NCBI RefSeq assembly: GCF_964204645.1
Contig: NC_134031.1
Coordinates: forward strand, 14,681,807-14,745,806
Length of the DNA stretch: 64,000 nt
Reading direction: 5' to 3'
From: Tubulanus polymorphus
Taxonomy: Eukaryota; Animalia; Nemertea
The notes beneath the pieces are model-generated. The model saw nothing but the letters and a program-made list of their open reading frames with translations. It was not told the DNA's origin and ran no database searches. Below are positions 12,657 through 23,949 of the stretch, piece after piece. Numbering within the stretch: the first letter of the stretch is position 1; each line of letters starts with the position of its first letter. A program made the position numbers and the translations under genes.

Positions 12657-15321
12657 ACTTCCTGAAAACAGAGAGAAATTAGAAATAGGGAGTTTGTAGT
12701 TATGATAGAAATTCCCGTCGATCAGTCCCGCCTTCCAGGAAATACCTATAAAAAAGTTTGTCACACCTGACGATGGTCTCAAAATGTTGAATATTTTCAT
12801 TCTTACTTGATGAATAAATTGTATAACATTGGTTGATATTTTAGATTTTGACATATAGTGGGTTTCAGCTCCACGCCCGAGTGGGAGCCTGCTTTATTGC
12901 AGTAGCACTATACATATATAGTAACGATAAAATTTACGACGACATAAACGAGGTTTGTTCTAATAGCGAGATTCGAGTATTCTATTTCTTTCCAATTTCA
13001 CAGGACTTATGGTTCCACGATATTGTAAATCGGTATGAGGCTTTAGAATTAATCAAATTTCGAATTCTAACCCAGCGATTCAAATAAGCATGTTACCTTT
13101 ATCTCGATGGAACAACACTCTCAGTCCGTCTTGTAAGAACGATTAAATCTGACGTTAAGCATGTGAAAAACAAGTGCGAGAGGTTTCCTGTTTTTCTATG
13201 TTGTATTGAATTACCTATTCAAATTATTCAATTTGAATTCTACCTTATGTAGTTTTAATCATTTTTCTGGGTTGTATACATTATATTTAATTGATAATTT
13301 TGTTCTAACCCTAGTATTTCTGAAAATGACTACTAAAAGGATCAAGTCGAAACGTCGGATAAACCACTGAAGCTCGAGGACATTTCAGACTCATATACTC
13401 ATATATTCTTAGTATGCGGGGATTTTATCGAATGAGCGTTTTTTTTTCATTCAATGGCGCTTCGGTCCTATTTCGGCTAATAACTCGTATGTTCTTTAAT
13501 GAAACCCGGGGCATGGACTTGAAGCTTATTCTCCGAAGAATTACAAATTTCGAAATAAGTTTCTAGAGTTTAGTCGGCGCGTTCAAAACCGACGAATTCG
13601 AAAAACAAACTACCGTTTAATGATAGTTATTAAGTAGAAATTTGAAACGAATGAAATCAATTACCTGGAAAATTTTTCACCTGTGCCGGGGTCGGGTAAT
13701 TACAGTTGTTATCCATTTGATTCTGAAAATATATGAATTCAGCCAACATGATTCGAGGCGATATAGAAGCCACAATATACCAGTCGGATTATCCCTCTCG
13801 CTCTCTCTCCCTCTCACTCTCTCTCTCGGTGGACAAATTGACTTGGTTTATACTGATAGGTCTGAAGAGTGAAAGACTGACTGAAGCCTCTGTATATTTT
13901 ATTATTTGAAATATCTATGTATTCTGTTCTATTTGAATAGTTGGTAACATTGAAGCACCAGCTGCACTTAAAGTAAAGAGTCACTTGTTGCCTCTAATTT
14001 TAACAGCTGGGAATTTTTTGTTTTATCTTGTTTTCTGTTATAGCGAAAAATTCAATTAATATTTTACTACTTTTCATAACGAAATGATCCTGTTCCTCAA
14101 TTCAACATAATATCCACAGTTCCACAGTTTTACGAGCCGGTTCCACAACTCTGCCGAACCATAAGTTGTCAGTTAAAATTTGACTCTAAAATAAAACATA
14201 GAAAACGAACTTGTTCTAACTGATTAGAGTCAAATTTAACGCAGAACTGTGATGGAATTGAGTCCTCGTTTGGTATTCCTAGGTCAGGAACCGGTTCCAC
14301 TGTTCGGGTTAAAACCTTTCACGCAGACTAAATTGCGTGAGAAATGAACGGTTTATCAACCAAACAAGAGCGACTACTTGCGACTTATTCAGTCTAAAAT
14401 CATATCGAATGATAATATATTAGCCTGAAGAATTAAGGGTGGTAGGAGCTCCTCCCGAAATATTTCTGATGTTTTAAATACACGCTTTTAGTCTTTCAAC
14501 AATAGTTGGATTTTAGATTTTTTGTTTCATCACCGATATTGTGATCATACTGATTCAAGATCAAAATATTCTAAACCCAAAGATACTCTAGATGAGCTTT
14601 AACATATGTTGATGTGACCAGAGAAATGTAATGAGACACTTCCCTGATGTGGCAAATGAAACTTTCACGCGTTCCCAGCGTTGGTAAGAACACTTCCAAA
14701 AACTTTGTTTTGCATTCCGTGAGAAAAACTATCAGAACTTTAAAAGTTGATAAAACGAACAGAGATGAAAAGACGCCAAAATAAAGTGCTTCGGCCTCAG
14801 AAAGTTCTTTATGCTCATACACCTTTAATTAGATTAATTGTATGATCTTACTCTGATCCTTCCCACCCCTCTCCGGTTGAAATGAAGTGCTTGTCTGTTG
14901 TTCAATTAAGGAAAACCCCACAATCATGAAACAAACTCACAAGAGAGTATATAGTGACGTTTTTAGACTTAATTCTATTCAATCAGCCATTTTCAAAACT
15001 ATGAGATTAGTGACGTTTAGACTAAATTCTATCATCATTTTTTTTCTGAACTTAGAGAGTAGTGACGTTTGGAGTCAATTCTATGAGACATTTTGTTAAA
15101 AATCAAGAGAGTCCAATTCAATTCCTTCTTCAAACGAAAATTTATCGAATGCATTGAATAAACTTATATTTGAATAGTGACCTCGTTGGTCTGGAACAAA
15201 TGTTAAAAAAATGAATACATAGTTGACTAACCTCCATACACCCAGACGTGGAGTAAAGATTATATAGAGTAAAACTCTGTACATACAAAGTTAAAAGATT
15301 AAAGATAATTTATTTTCTTTA

Positions 15322-15363
15322 CTGATGATGGTTTCTAAGCAGATTAACCGAAACATTCATGTC
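15322..15363 (+). ncRNA. Minimal hammerhead ribozyme motif (Penelope type)
   Basis: CTGATGA-T-GGTT..AACC-GAAAC-ATTCAT-GTC; stem I is weak. Confidence 0.55.
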
Positions 15364-15474
15364 TATTAGATTTGGATTCTTGGTATAGATGGATAGACTT
15401 CGTTTTTACAATTTTAGATTTGTATAGGCTTTTTAAGTATAATTTCAAACAAATTTCGCTAATTCACTTCATAC

Positions 15475-15780
15475 CTTGATGATCAATATTTACGATGAGG
15501 ACGACGACGACGACGGGATGACCGAGATTCGTTTCGTGTAAATCCTACGCGCTTCTCTACGTCGAAACTGTAAATAGGAGTTCGGGCTAAAATGTTTGAA
15601 GGATACGGCGTCGTCGCACGCGCGTTGGAGGAGCCAGCGGTAAACTTCTCACACGGGACTCATTATTGACAGGCGACACGATCACTAAGCGTGTTATTAT
15701 CGGACTGAGACACGCCCACTAAACATTGTCCGATAAAGAGACACGCACGCCTGATTGACAGGCAGACACGAGAGCCAGGG
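15475..15780 (-). promoter_or_regulatory. Putative Lmx1 promoter and non-coding first exon
   Basis: Minus-strand donor AAG|GTATGA at 15475/15474, CpG-rich, no in-frame ATG; TGATTGACAG (15752) and TTATTGACAG (15663). Confidence 0.45.
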
Positions 15781-16174
15781 TCCCGCCAACATCCATCCAC
15801 TCAAATACACACACACGCATCCATTACCGAATTTATTTCTAATAGTTTCGCAATGAAAGTCGATTTATTTACGGAGAATCTGAACGAAAATTGCCGATTC
15901 TGATATTACGGTAGACTAGGACTTTTTTCAAAATTTTTCGTCAAATGAAAAGCATTCCCGAGAAATGAAATTGAATCTAAAGGGTTTTATTCATATGCTG
16001 TGTTTTTTGCAGCTGATCTGATTTACTTAAAGATCAAAGTCGTCAACATTGATTCATAAATCATCGTTGTCACCATCGATTAGACAGTCAGCCAATCAGA
16101 ACAAAGTATCAGCCCACAGATCAGCATCAGCAGCCAGCCCGCTCTCTCCATCACTCAGACACCGTATCAATTAC

Positions 16175-16175
<1 letters not shown>

Positions 16176-16256
<81 letters not shown>
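16176..16256. repeat. (CTG)27 perfect trinucleotide repeat
   Basis: Read directly. Confidence 0.95.
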
Positions 16257-16257
<1 letters not shown>

Positions 16258-16306
16258 ATCCGACCATAGAAGTGTAAACTGAAAATCAGTTCGGATCAGA
16301 TTCGTT

Positions 16307-16638
16307 GAATCCAGTTTCTCGTTAAGTTGTCAGATGAGGTTTGACTCTTCAGAGTCATATAATTGAAAATGAACTAATGTGACTCTATGGAGTCAGAGTA
16401 ATTGAAAATGAAGTCATTCAACTCTATGGAGTCAGAGTAATTGAATATGAACTTATTTCGATCTATGGAATTAAAACAATTAAAAATATAGTAATTCGAC
16501 TTCATGGAGTCAGAGTAATTGAAAATAAACTAATTTGACTCTATGGAGTTAAAATAGTTGAAAATGAACTAATTTGACTCTATGGAGTCAGAGTAATTGA
16601 AAATGCACTGTATTGACTCAAGTGTTCTTGAAACAGGG
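16307..16638. repeat. MITE with its internal 39-bp unit amplified ~7 times
   Basis: Unit GACTCTATGGAGTCAGAGTAATTGAAAATGAACTAATTT, bounded by TIR-like ATCCAGTTTC / GAAACAGGG. Confidence 0.75.
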
Positions 16639-16719
16639 AATAATCCCTCATTTGATCGATTCTTCGATTTAATTTGATTTGAATTGATGTCCTCTATAAA
16701 CTTGCTGTGAACGAAACTG

Positions 16720-16934
16720 GATCCAGTTCCACGGTTGTGAGTTGAAGAGTTAACCTCGAGTTAAAATTAGTTGATTTTCAAGGAGTTAACTCTGAGTTGA
16801 ATCATGGACTCTAGGAAAGGATCCTGGGTCCAGCTCCACAGTTCTGAGTTAAGATTTGACCCTGGGTTAAAACATTGAAAATGAACTAACTTTAACTCAG
16901 AGTTAACTCTAACTCACAACTGTGGAACTGGGTC
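16720..16934. mobile_element. Two abutting PIF/Harbinger-like MITEs (16720-16823, 16827-16934)
   Basis: CTG|GATCCAGTTCCAC...GGATC|CTG|GGTCCAGCTCCACAGTT...AACTGTGGAACTGGGTC|CAG. Confidence 0.8.
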
Positions 16935-17881
16935 CAGGGGATTTAGATTCTAAAATCGGAAGTCCGCGAATATAGTTGATATGATATGATTGATATGATA
17001 CGATATGATTACGATTTATTTCCAAAAGGCTTTTCTACAATGAATAAACACACTAGAGATGTATTGATATTAGATATAGCACTGCTTTGAAGCAACATGA
17101 ATCGGTAGGCTTGAACATGAAAGCAGCCCTAGAAGAAAAACTAAAATGTAATAAGGAAAGGAAGAAAAAACGACATGATACGGACCATAATACAACGTAA
17201 CCGTTTACTGGTATGCATATATATAAGAGTGGGAATATCGGTAAACAAGAGAATTTTTGAGCCTTTTTTTCTAAACGAATGCAGTTTTTTGATTATTTTT
17301 GACGCCGTCAAAACCGCTACAATAATGTCTATATAAATTCATAGCTAGGATGCGCTATAAACGGGGTTCTGCGTGAGTCAATGTGCTCTTCTACGTCATC
17401 GATATTGGCGCTTAAAAGTAACAATTGCAGTAATTTTGTGAATTTTGGCGTTTATTTTGTGATACTATACATTTCATAACTCTTATTATATTATGATAAA
17501 TTTCAATAACAACTTTTGAGAGGATGCACATCTATATATCGGGGCTAGACTGGTTTCCGATCAATTCAATTCAAATATTGATATATTCAAATTCAAAATA
17601 ACTTTATTGATCCTTTATATGAGATAAGGTATATCATATTATTTATTGTCGACAATATTAAGTAATAAATGTGTTGCTTTTCGAGGCGTCAACAAACTTT
17701 CAACTTCAGTTTTCTTGTTTATATCTATACTTATATAGTTGGATGATCTGTCGAATTTCTATATGAAATCGAAATAAACAATTGGATTCTATCCTGTTGT
17801 TAGCAAGTAACAAATAGGTTAGTAAGACATCCACATTTTTCGCAACTTATCACAATTTGGCCAATTATCAGTTAGCCTATC

Positions 17882-18201
17882 CAGTGGCGGATTAAGAATT
17901 CCATGGAGGGGGTGCACAAATCCAAATGGGGGGTCTGGAAAATTTCATTTTTTTAATTAGACGTGCGGAGATGCGTTCTGGGCACCATCAGATACGATTA
18001 AACTAGCAATTTGAATAGTGATTTTCACACATTTCATGAACGATGTACTGTCGAAAAAAAGCGCTGGTTATTGTAAACGACGACACCAGCTTACACAATT
18101 TCAGGAATTTTTCACATGCTTGTCTTCGTTCTCACGGAGAGGTCAGTCCATAAAAAATGTGCGAGGACTTGCCCCATGTGCACCCCCTGGCTCCGCCGCT
18201 G
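17882..18201. mobile_element. CAG-terminal MITE with 5-bp TSD (hAT-like)
   Basis: CAGTGGCGGA...TCCGCCGCTG, with CTATC on both sides. Confidence 0.8.
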
Positions 18202-19575
18202 CTATCGCTAATTAAATAAAATACGAAAATAAATCTAAAAACTCTACAACAAGTGATAATTGATTTCGCCATCTCCTCTTCCGTCTTTTTCAGTTTGTAC
18301 AATAGGACAGCTCCGAGGATAGGGCGACTTTTTACATTTTGTTGTAACTTTTTGTACAAAAAATACAGAATACATCGCGATAAGAATTTCATGGCAATTC
18401 ACACGATAAGCAATACGCAAACAGGTCGGCTGTTGTCTAAAACGAGAGTGAGCATCTAAACTAAGATAGATTTTTAAAAAACTGTTCGATGGCTAGACTC
18501 CTAGGTGGCAGCAGCTGCGGTAGCGTCATATCCAATGTCGACTGGGGAAGGGGGAGGCAATGAGGGTTCGAAAGAAGCCACAAACCTTTGCATGTTTGCG
18601 AATAGTCGGTTCCGAGGCCGGTCCCATTAATACGCTGATGAAGAATGGATCAAGTTCGGATGTGTAGTAGTAAGGGGAACTTCCGTTAGATGGCGTATTC
18701 GTCGAACCCGGTACACGTTACAACCGGCCGCCTAAAATATCGATACCGGTAACAAAATCGTCTCTTAGTTCCCTTAGAATGTTGCCCTCTTAAGAATTCT
18801 TGCAGTATCAGCAATCTCAGGTGATATTGATCATTTGGAAAATCTGACACGAAAATGTTTGAATCTATTTCTAACTACTATTTGACTAAGAATTATCGGG
18901 AAGAAAATGAAAAAAACGAAAGATAAAATCTGATATCTATATATCGTTTCTATGTAACAATTGTATGAACAATATATCGATAGTGGTGCTGCTACACTGT
19001 CGGCCGATGTAAATTTGGCTTGCAATTGAGGATCTTATGTCGAGTGTCCAATAATAAAAGAAAGATGAAGAATAATCAGGATAGTTAATGATCGAAGAAT
19101 CTTCGAAGTTTTCAAGTCATCTGTGAAAGTGTTGATTTCTTATATAGAAAATCATATCAAGGACTTTTTCTACGAAATGTGTCAATTTTACCAGGCGTCC
19201 AAAGAGCCTTGGTCTTAAATGTAAAACGCTTTTATGAAATGAATTATCACTTCGTGTACGAATCGCATGTGCTGAATTTGAATAGCAGCAAAACGTTTCA
19301 ATCTATTCTTAACTTTGTTTTGACTCGAAATGCGCACTCGCAGCAACAACAGGATGAATTCTAAATGATTTGACGAAATCTATCTCCGTCTTGACTCGAA
19401 CACATTGAAACCACCGGATGTTAATTCTAAATCCACAGAAACCACGGAAGAGTTCATTTCAAACTAACGCGTATGATTCGTTGAATTACGCATTGAAGTG
19501 TTAATTGAATACATAATAAGTACAAAATCAGGTGGTTGAAGCAACATTTCTCTCGCTCGCTCGCTCTGCTACAAG

Positions 19576-20547
19576 ATGCAGCACTATCGTCAAGAGACCC
19601 AGCAATTATACCATATCGAGGGCCGCTCACACGCCGATACGGAGCCGACCTTCCGCAGCCGGGCGTCAACTTGGCATTCGACTGAACGTTTGGAACAGGC
19701 AAGAAGAAATGTAGATATGAGATTGAAACGGCAACACTTGCACCAAGCGGATTTGCTGTCGGTTCCGTGCAACGGAAATTCGATGTCGTGTTTGAGAAAT
19801 TCAACTGCGATTTCTAGGAGTCACTCGGTTCTGGATGACACCCTCCGCTCACAGAAACACAATATTGGACGTGTAGTCCCGTCGGCGTCCGAACTGCACA
19901 GGTCACAGAAATCGCCGCCGTACATTTTCGACGAAAACGAACGCCGACGTTTGCAAAAGGAACTTGAACGTTTAGAATCGCAGGTGGCGCTACAATCGTC
20001 TTCTAGTCCGGAGAACTCACCCGTGACGCCGTTCGGTATAAAGTCTCCACTTCCGCCGATCGGAACGAAGACAACGCAGGAGAAAATGCGCCACCTACCG
20101 GAAATATATGTGCACAGTCCGACTGTAAATAAAGTCAGGTCAGTCAGGTCTCAAGCGTCCGATGGCATCGATTCACCGGTTACTCTGGGTGATATATCAG
20201 AATCGCCCCTAATAGAGCGACGTAAGCAACACCGGAGAAATGGGAATAACAATTCAAAGAAATTCGAGAATCGTCAAGAAAATGTGAATTACACCGCTAA
20301 AGAAAAGCAGCACGAAGCACATGTGAAACTTCCCGCACCCGGAAACGTATCGCCTGACACTGAAACTGCAGCGAAAATACACGCCAGAAAAATGAACAAA
20401 CGACAAGACGATCGTAAACTGTTGGCATTTCTGCGGTCGGCACAGGCTCGCAGACGACCGGCTGAGTGTCACCATAGCGAAGACCAGATAATGTTCGTTT
20501 GTTGCGATTACGTACGATTTTACAATTTTATCGAAAATGAGTTCTGA
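19576..20547 (+). CDS. Uncharacterised 323-aa, largely disordered S/R/E/K-rich protein (single coding exon)
   Basis: 972-bp non-repetitive ORF, higher GC than its flanks, A at -3 of the ATG, candidate upstream acceptor at 19438; no domain recognised. Confidence 0.75.
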   Translation: MQHYRQETQQLYHIEGRSHADTEPTFRSRASTWHSTERLEQARRNVDMRLKRQHLHQADLLSVPCNGNSMSCLRNSTAISRSHSVLDDTLRSQKHNIGRVVPSASELHRSQKSPPYIFDENERRRLQKELERLESQVALQSSSSPENSPVTPFGIKSPLPPIGTKTTQEKMRHLPEIYVHSPTVNKVRSVRSQASDGIDSPVTLGDISESPLIERRKQHRRNGNNNSKKFENRQENVNYTAKEKQHEAHVKLPAPGNVSPDTETAAKIHARKMNKRQDDRKLLAFLRSAQARRRPAECHHSEDQIMFVCCDYVRFYNFIENEF

Positions 20548-21008
20548 ACTGTAACTCATCCGATTGTGACCTAAGAATCATAAGAATGACTTAAAATTCG
20601 TTTTGAAGTTTTGTAATGAGATATTTAAGACTTCTGCTGCTATTCTGCTGAAGAAGCATGAATCAGTTAATTTCTAATATCGATTTTTAACGACACTGAG
20701 ATTTCTGCGGGTTTTTGAATGGCTTGATTTGTATATATTTCTACTGTTTACACAATCGATGAGTTGATTATGATATTCATGATTATTTTTCAAATGCAAG
20801 GGGCTTGTCGTATAGACTGGTATTAACTTGAGCCTGGGGCTAAGTCAATTGACAATGAATTAGGTTAACCCTTTGGTTACATCAATACCAGTCTAGACAG
20901 CCGTGTCCATTTGTCGGTACAGCCGTCTTAGGAGGCTTGGGGGATGTCCTATTATTATGTAGGACAGGCAAATTGACAATTATATTATTACAACTCTTTG
21001 TATGTATT

Positions 21009-21249
21009 GCTATGGTGGCTGATTCGGGACACGCAAAAACAAACATTACCGCGCAAAAACCAACTTTTAACGCGCAAAAACCAAATTTTCCGTTTTTGCG
21101 CGCTGCAAAAACGAACTTTAAGCGCGCAAAAACGGAATATTTAGTTTTTGCGCGTTAAAAGTTTGTTTTTGCGAGCAAAAGATTTGTTTCTGCGCGTTTT
21201 CGTGGAGGACGAAAAAAAATTTTACATGTCCCGAATCAGCCACCATAGC
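21009..21249. mobile_element. MITE with 23-bp perfect inverted ends and GCGCAAAAAC subterminal repeats
   Basis: GCTATGGTGGCTGATTCGGGACA / TGTCCCGAATCAGCCACCATAGC; superfamily not determined. Confidence 0.85.
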
Positions 21250-21899
21250 TAACATATATTGGACATTTAATTGGCATTTTAGGCAGTTGAATATTGGTGT
21301 TTGTACTGAAAAGTTCTTGTTGAAATGGGCTACTAGATCAGGAAGATATATTCACTTAGTTAAATAGTGTTGAAAATGTAGGGAATTTCAAGTAGCCAAA
21401 TATCAAAATAGGTCGAGAAATAGCTGGCTGTCATGTTTAAGTGTATTCAAATAAAATGTGCTAATATCAGTGAATAGAGTCGTGATTATATTAAATGTTT
21501 TATGAGAATTATCATTGGTATAATTTCTGTATATTTCAGTAACTTCTTATGTCGTCATTTTGTTGATGGGTCAAAACTGAGATTAATTATACGAATTAAT
21601 CCCTTTTTAACAACGAACAATATAATATATGAGATCATATACTCAATGCACAATGCTCAATACTATATGCACAATGAACTGTAAATAAAGTTGTGATTAT
21701 AATAAATCTTCATTGTCCCAGATTGCGCGATTGGTTGTTAGTGCGTCGAGTGCGGTAGAATCAATAATCAACCGATTTCAAGTGGACTGTTAAAAAGAAG
21801 ATAAAACTGAGCCGAGGCTTTCTTGACTTAGATTTACTGCTACTCAAGTTTGATCAAAATGAAGCAACTAGATTTCAGCATCCAATTGCACGGTTAAAG

Positions 21900-22350
21900 A
21901 ATTCCCCAATTCCGCTGTTCAACGATTCCACAGGTACCATGGTTCCACGATTCCACGGTTTCACAGTTCCGCAGTTCACGAATTCTACAATTTTACAGTT
22001 CCGCAATTCCACGCTTCAAGAACTCCACAATTCCACAATTCCACAGTTCCACACTTCAAGATCTCCACAATTCCACAGTTCCACGCTTCAAGAACTCCAC
22101 GATTCCACGGTTACACAGTTCCACAATTCCACGCTTCAAGAACTCCACGATTCCACAGTTACACAATTCCACAGTTCCACGCTTCAAGAACTCCACAATT
22201 CCACAATTCCACAGTTCCACACTTCAAGATCTCCACAATTCCACAGTTCCACGCTTCAAGAACTCCACGATTCCACGGTTACACAGTTCCACAATTCCAC
22301 GCTTCAAGAACTCCACGATTCCACAATTCCACAATTCCACAGTTCCACGG
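21900..22350. repeat. 8-bp-monomer satellite (TTCCACAG/AA/GA, TTCAAGAA) with ~168-bp higher-order duplication
   Basis: Read directly; its translation repeats with a 56-aa period. Confidence 0.88.
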
Positions 22351-22459
22351 TTCAGTTCAACAATGCCCTCTAGAGTTGGACAGAAAAATCGTATTTTAAG
22401 GATTCCTAATAATTGACGTTACGCACGCGTTACAAACGTTACAGAATATAATTGAACAA

Positions 22460-22679
22460 TGTATTTATTTGTTTACATAGTAACGACGTTCCAACCGCGA
22501 ACAATCGACTTACTACTTCACAACGGTTCCATGACAACAGCGCTCGAAAAAAATTCATCCGTACATCTTCCGGTACTCCGGGTCATTGACAGACGAGCTG
22601 ACTATCAGTCATATTCAACCGGATAAAGTGCGCGGTTGATTTTACTCCGGGATTTCGGGAAATCACGCGTTTCGTTCAG
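22460..22679 (+). promoter_or_regulatory. Putative RFX/forkhead promoter and 5'UTR exon of the CNBD gene
   Basis: X-box-like GTTTACATAGTAAC (22471) overlapping TGTTTAC, GGTTCCATGACAAC (22525), donor CAG|GTAAGC at 22679; candidate acceptor tttacag at 26431. Confidence 0.5.
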
Positions 22680-22822
22680 GTAAGCTTTGACGAAAGATAT
22701 AAAATCACGCAATGATTAAGAAATAGAGTCAGAAATGTTTTGTTGTTGAGATAACCAGTTTATTCAACGTCTTCGCTAGGGATATCTAATTCTGATTCTA
22801 TCTAATGCTATATTGTCATTTT

Positions 22823-23015
22823 CCGTCGATGACTATTAGGATCTAGTCGAAACGTCTGACTAAAACCTCACTAGCTCAAAATCGAAACATTTCAGACTCG
22901 TGGTCTTACTCTTGGAGTTGGATTCTATGCTATCATTACAATAGGAGTATTTCATCAAGATAGCCATCTTCTGGAATACAGCATCTCCGAAGATGAAAAT
23001 ATTGTCGAAACGTTG
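22823..23015 (+). mobile_element. Penelope-like pLTR remnants with two degenerate hammerhead motifs
   Basis: CCGTCGAT-GACTA..TAGTC-GAAACGTC and CCGAAGATG..TC-GAAACGTT; the flanks match the copy at 13320-13390. Confidence 0.6.
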
Positions 23016-23791
23016 AATGAACCTACTAGCTCAAGGAAACATCTCAGTCTCTTTTTTGACGTTCGGTATTGTTGGATTTCATATTATCTTCAAAACACGG
23101 CCTCAGAATGTCTCGGAAAGGTGAAATATTTTGCAGGTGCGGATTTCAAGATGCAATGAGAAAGTGCACGGTAAACATAACTTTCAGATTATCACCAGTG
23201 ACATCTCAAACAGACCGGTTTAATTCATTCATCGAAATACATATATTTTGAATCCGTTCAATGGGATCTCAGCCTATGATGAAAAAACATAAAAAACAGT
23301 TAAAAAAACGATTTTACAATATGAAATATCAGTGGGATGACATATCAAACGGGAATCTCGTACACGGAGAACGATATATCGTTACAGCAGCAATATTTTT
23401 AGATATTGATGTGTGCCTTATTCATCATCGCCCCGGTTACAACTCAAACTGCTGCGGTTTCAAAGACACTATTTCAATGATGCTCGTAAATAATTAAAGA
23501 ATTGAACACAGCAGAAATCGAAATGTGCCCTGCTAATGATACGAATAATGCATAAACCATAGATGAGTTTACAGTGTATTTGTTGAGACGGAGAAATTCT
23601 TCATTACCAGAGCGTGGGATACGGAGTGTGGCTGACGTTATCAGTGTCGCTGTATAGCCACTATCAGGAGTGTCGCTGATACTCCGATTGGGACTCACCG
23701 GGATCACTCGTAAATCCAGGCAGGTAGGTCACTAATAGCCTTCAGTAAAAAAACCACGATGTACACAATTTTAAAAGATTTAAATCCAAAT

Positions 23792-23834
23792 ACACTACGT
23801 TTCGGACTCACACTACAGATCATCGTCAGGTGTG
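23792..23834 (-). ncRNA. Hammerhead ribozyme motif (Penelope type)
   Basis: Minus strand: ACAC-CTGACGA-T-stem II-GAAACGTA-GTGT; stem II is degenerate; sister at 40237-40278. Confidence 0.6.
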
Positions 23835-23949
23835 AAGGAATAAGTGTTGATTGATATAGGGAAGAACATGTTAATGATTAAGTAATTGAGTGAGTAGGTA
23901 TATCAGCGGTTAATAAGGAATGAAGTAACATATTTGAGCTAAAAGATTA

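Noticed and set aside
12662-12854. N-terminal half of the 129-aa ORF
   Set aside because: It lies upstream of a clear acceptor, so it is intron read-through.
18635-18665. CTGATGA hammerhead-like starts here, at ~57395 and at ~62425-62455 (-)
   Set aside because: The GAAA box or the stems are missing; too degenerate to call.
21939-22373. 144-aa repetitive ORF
   Set aside because: Translation of an 8-bp satellite whose monomer is not a multiple of 3.
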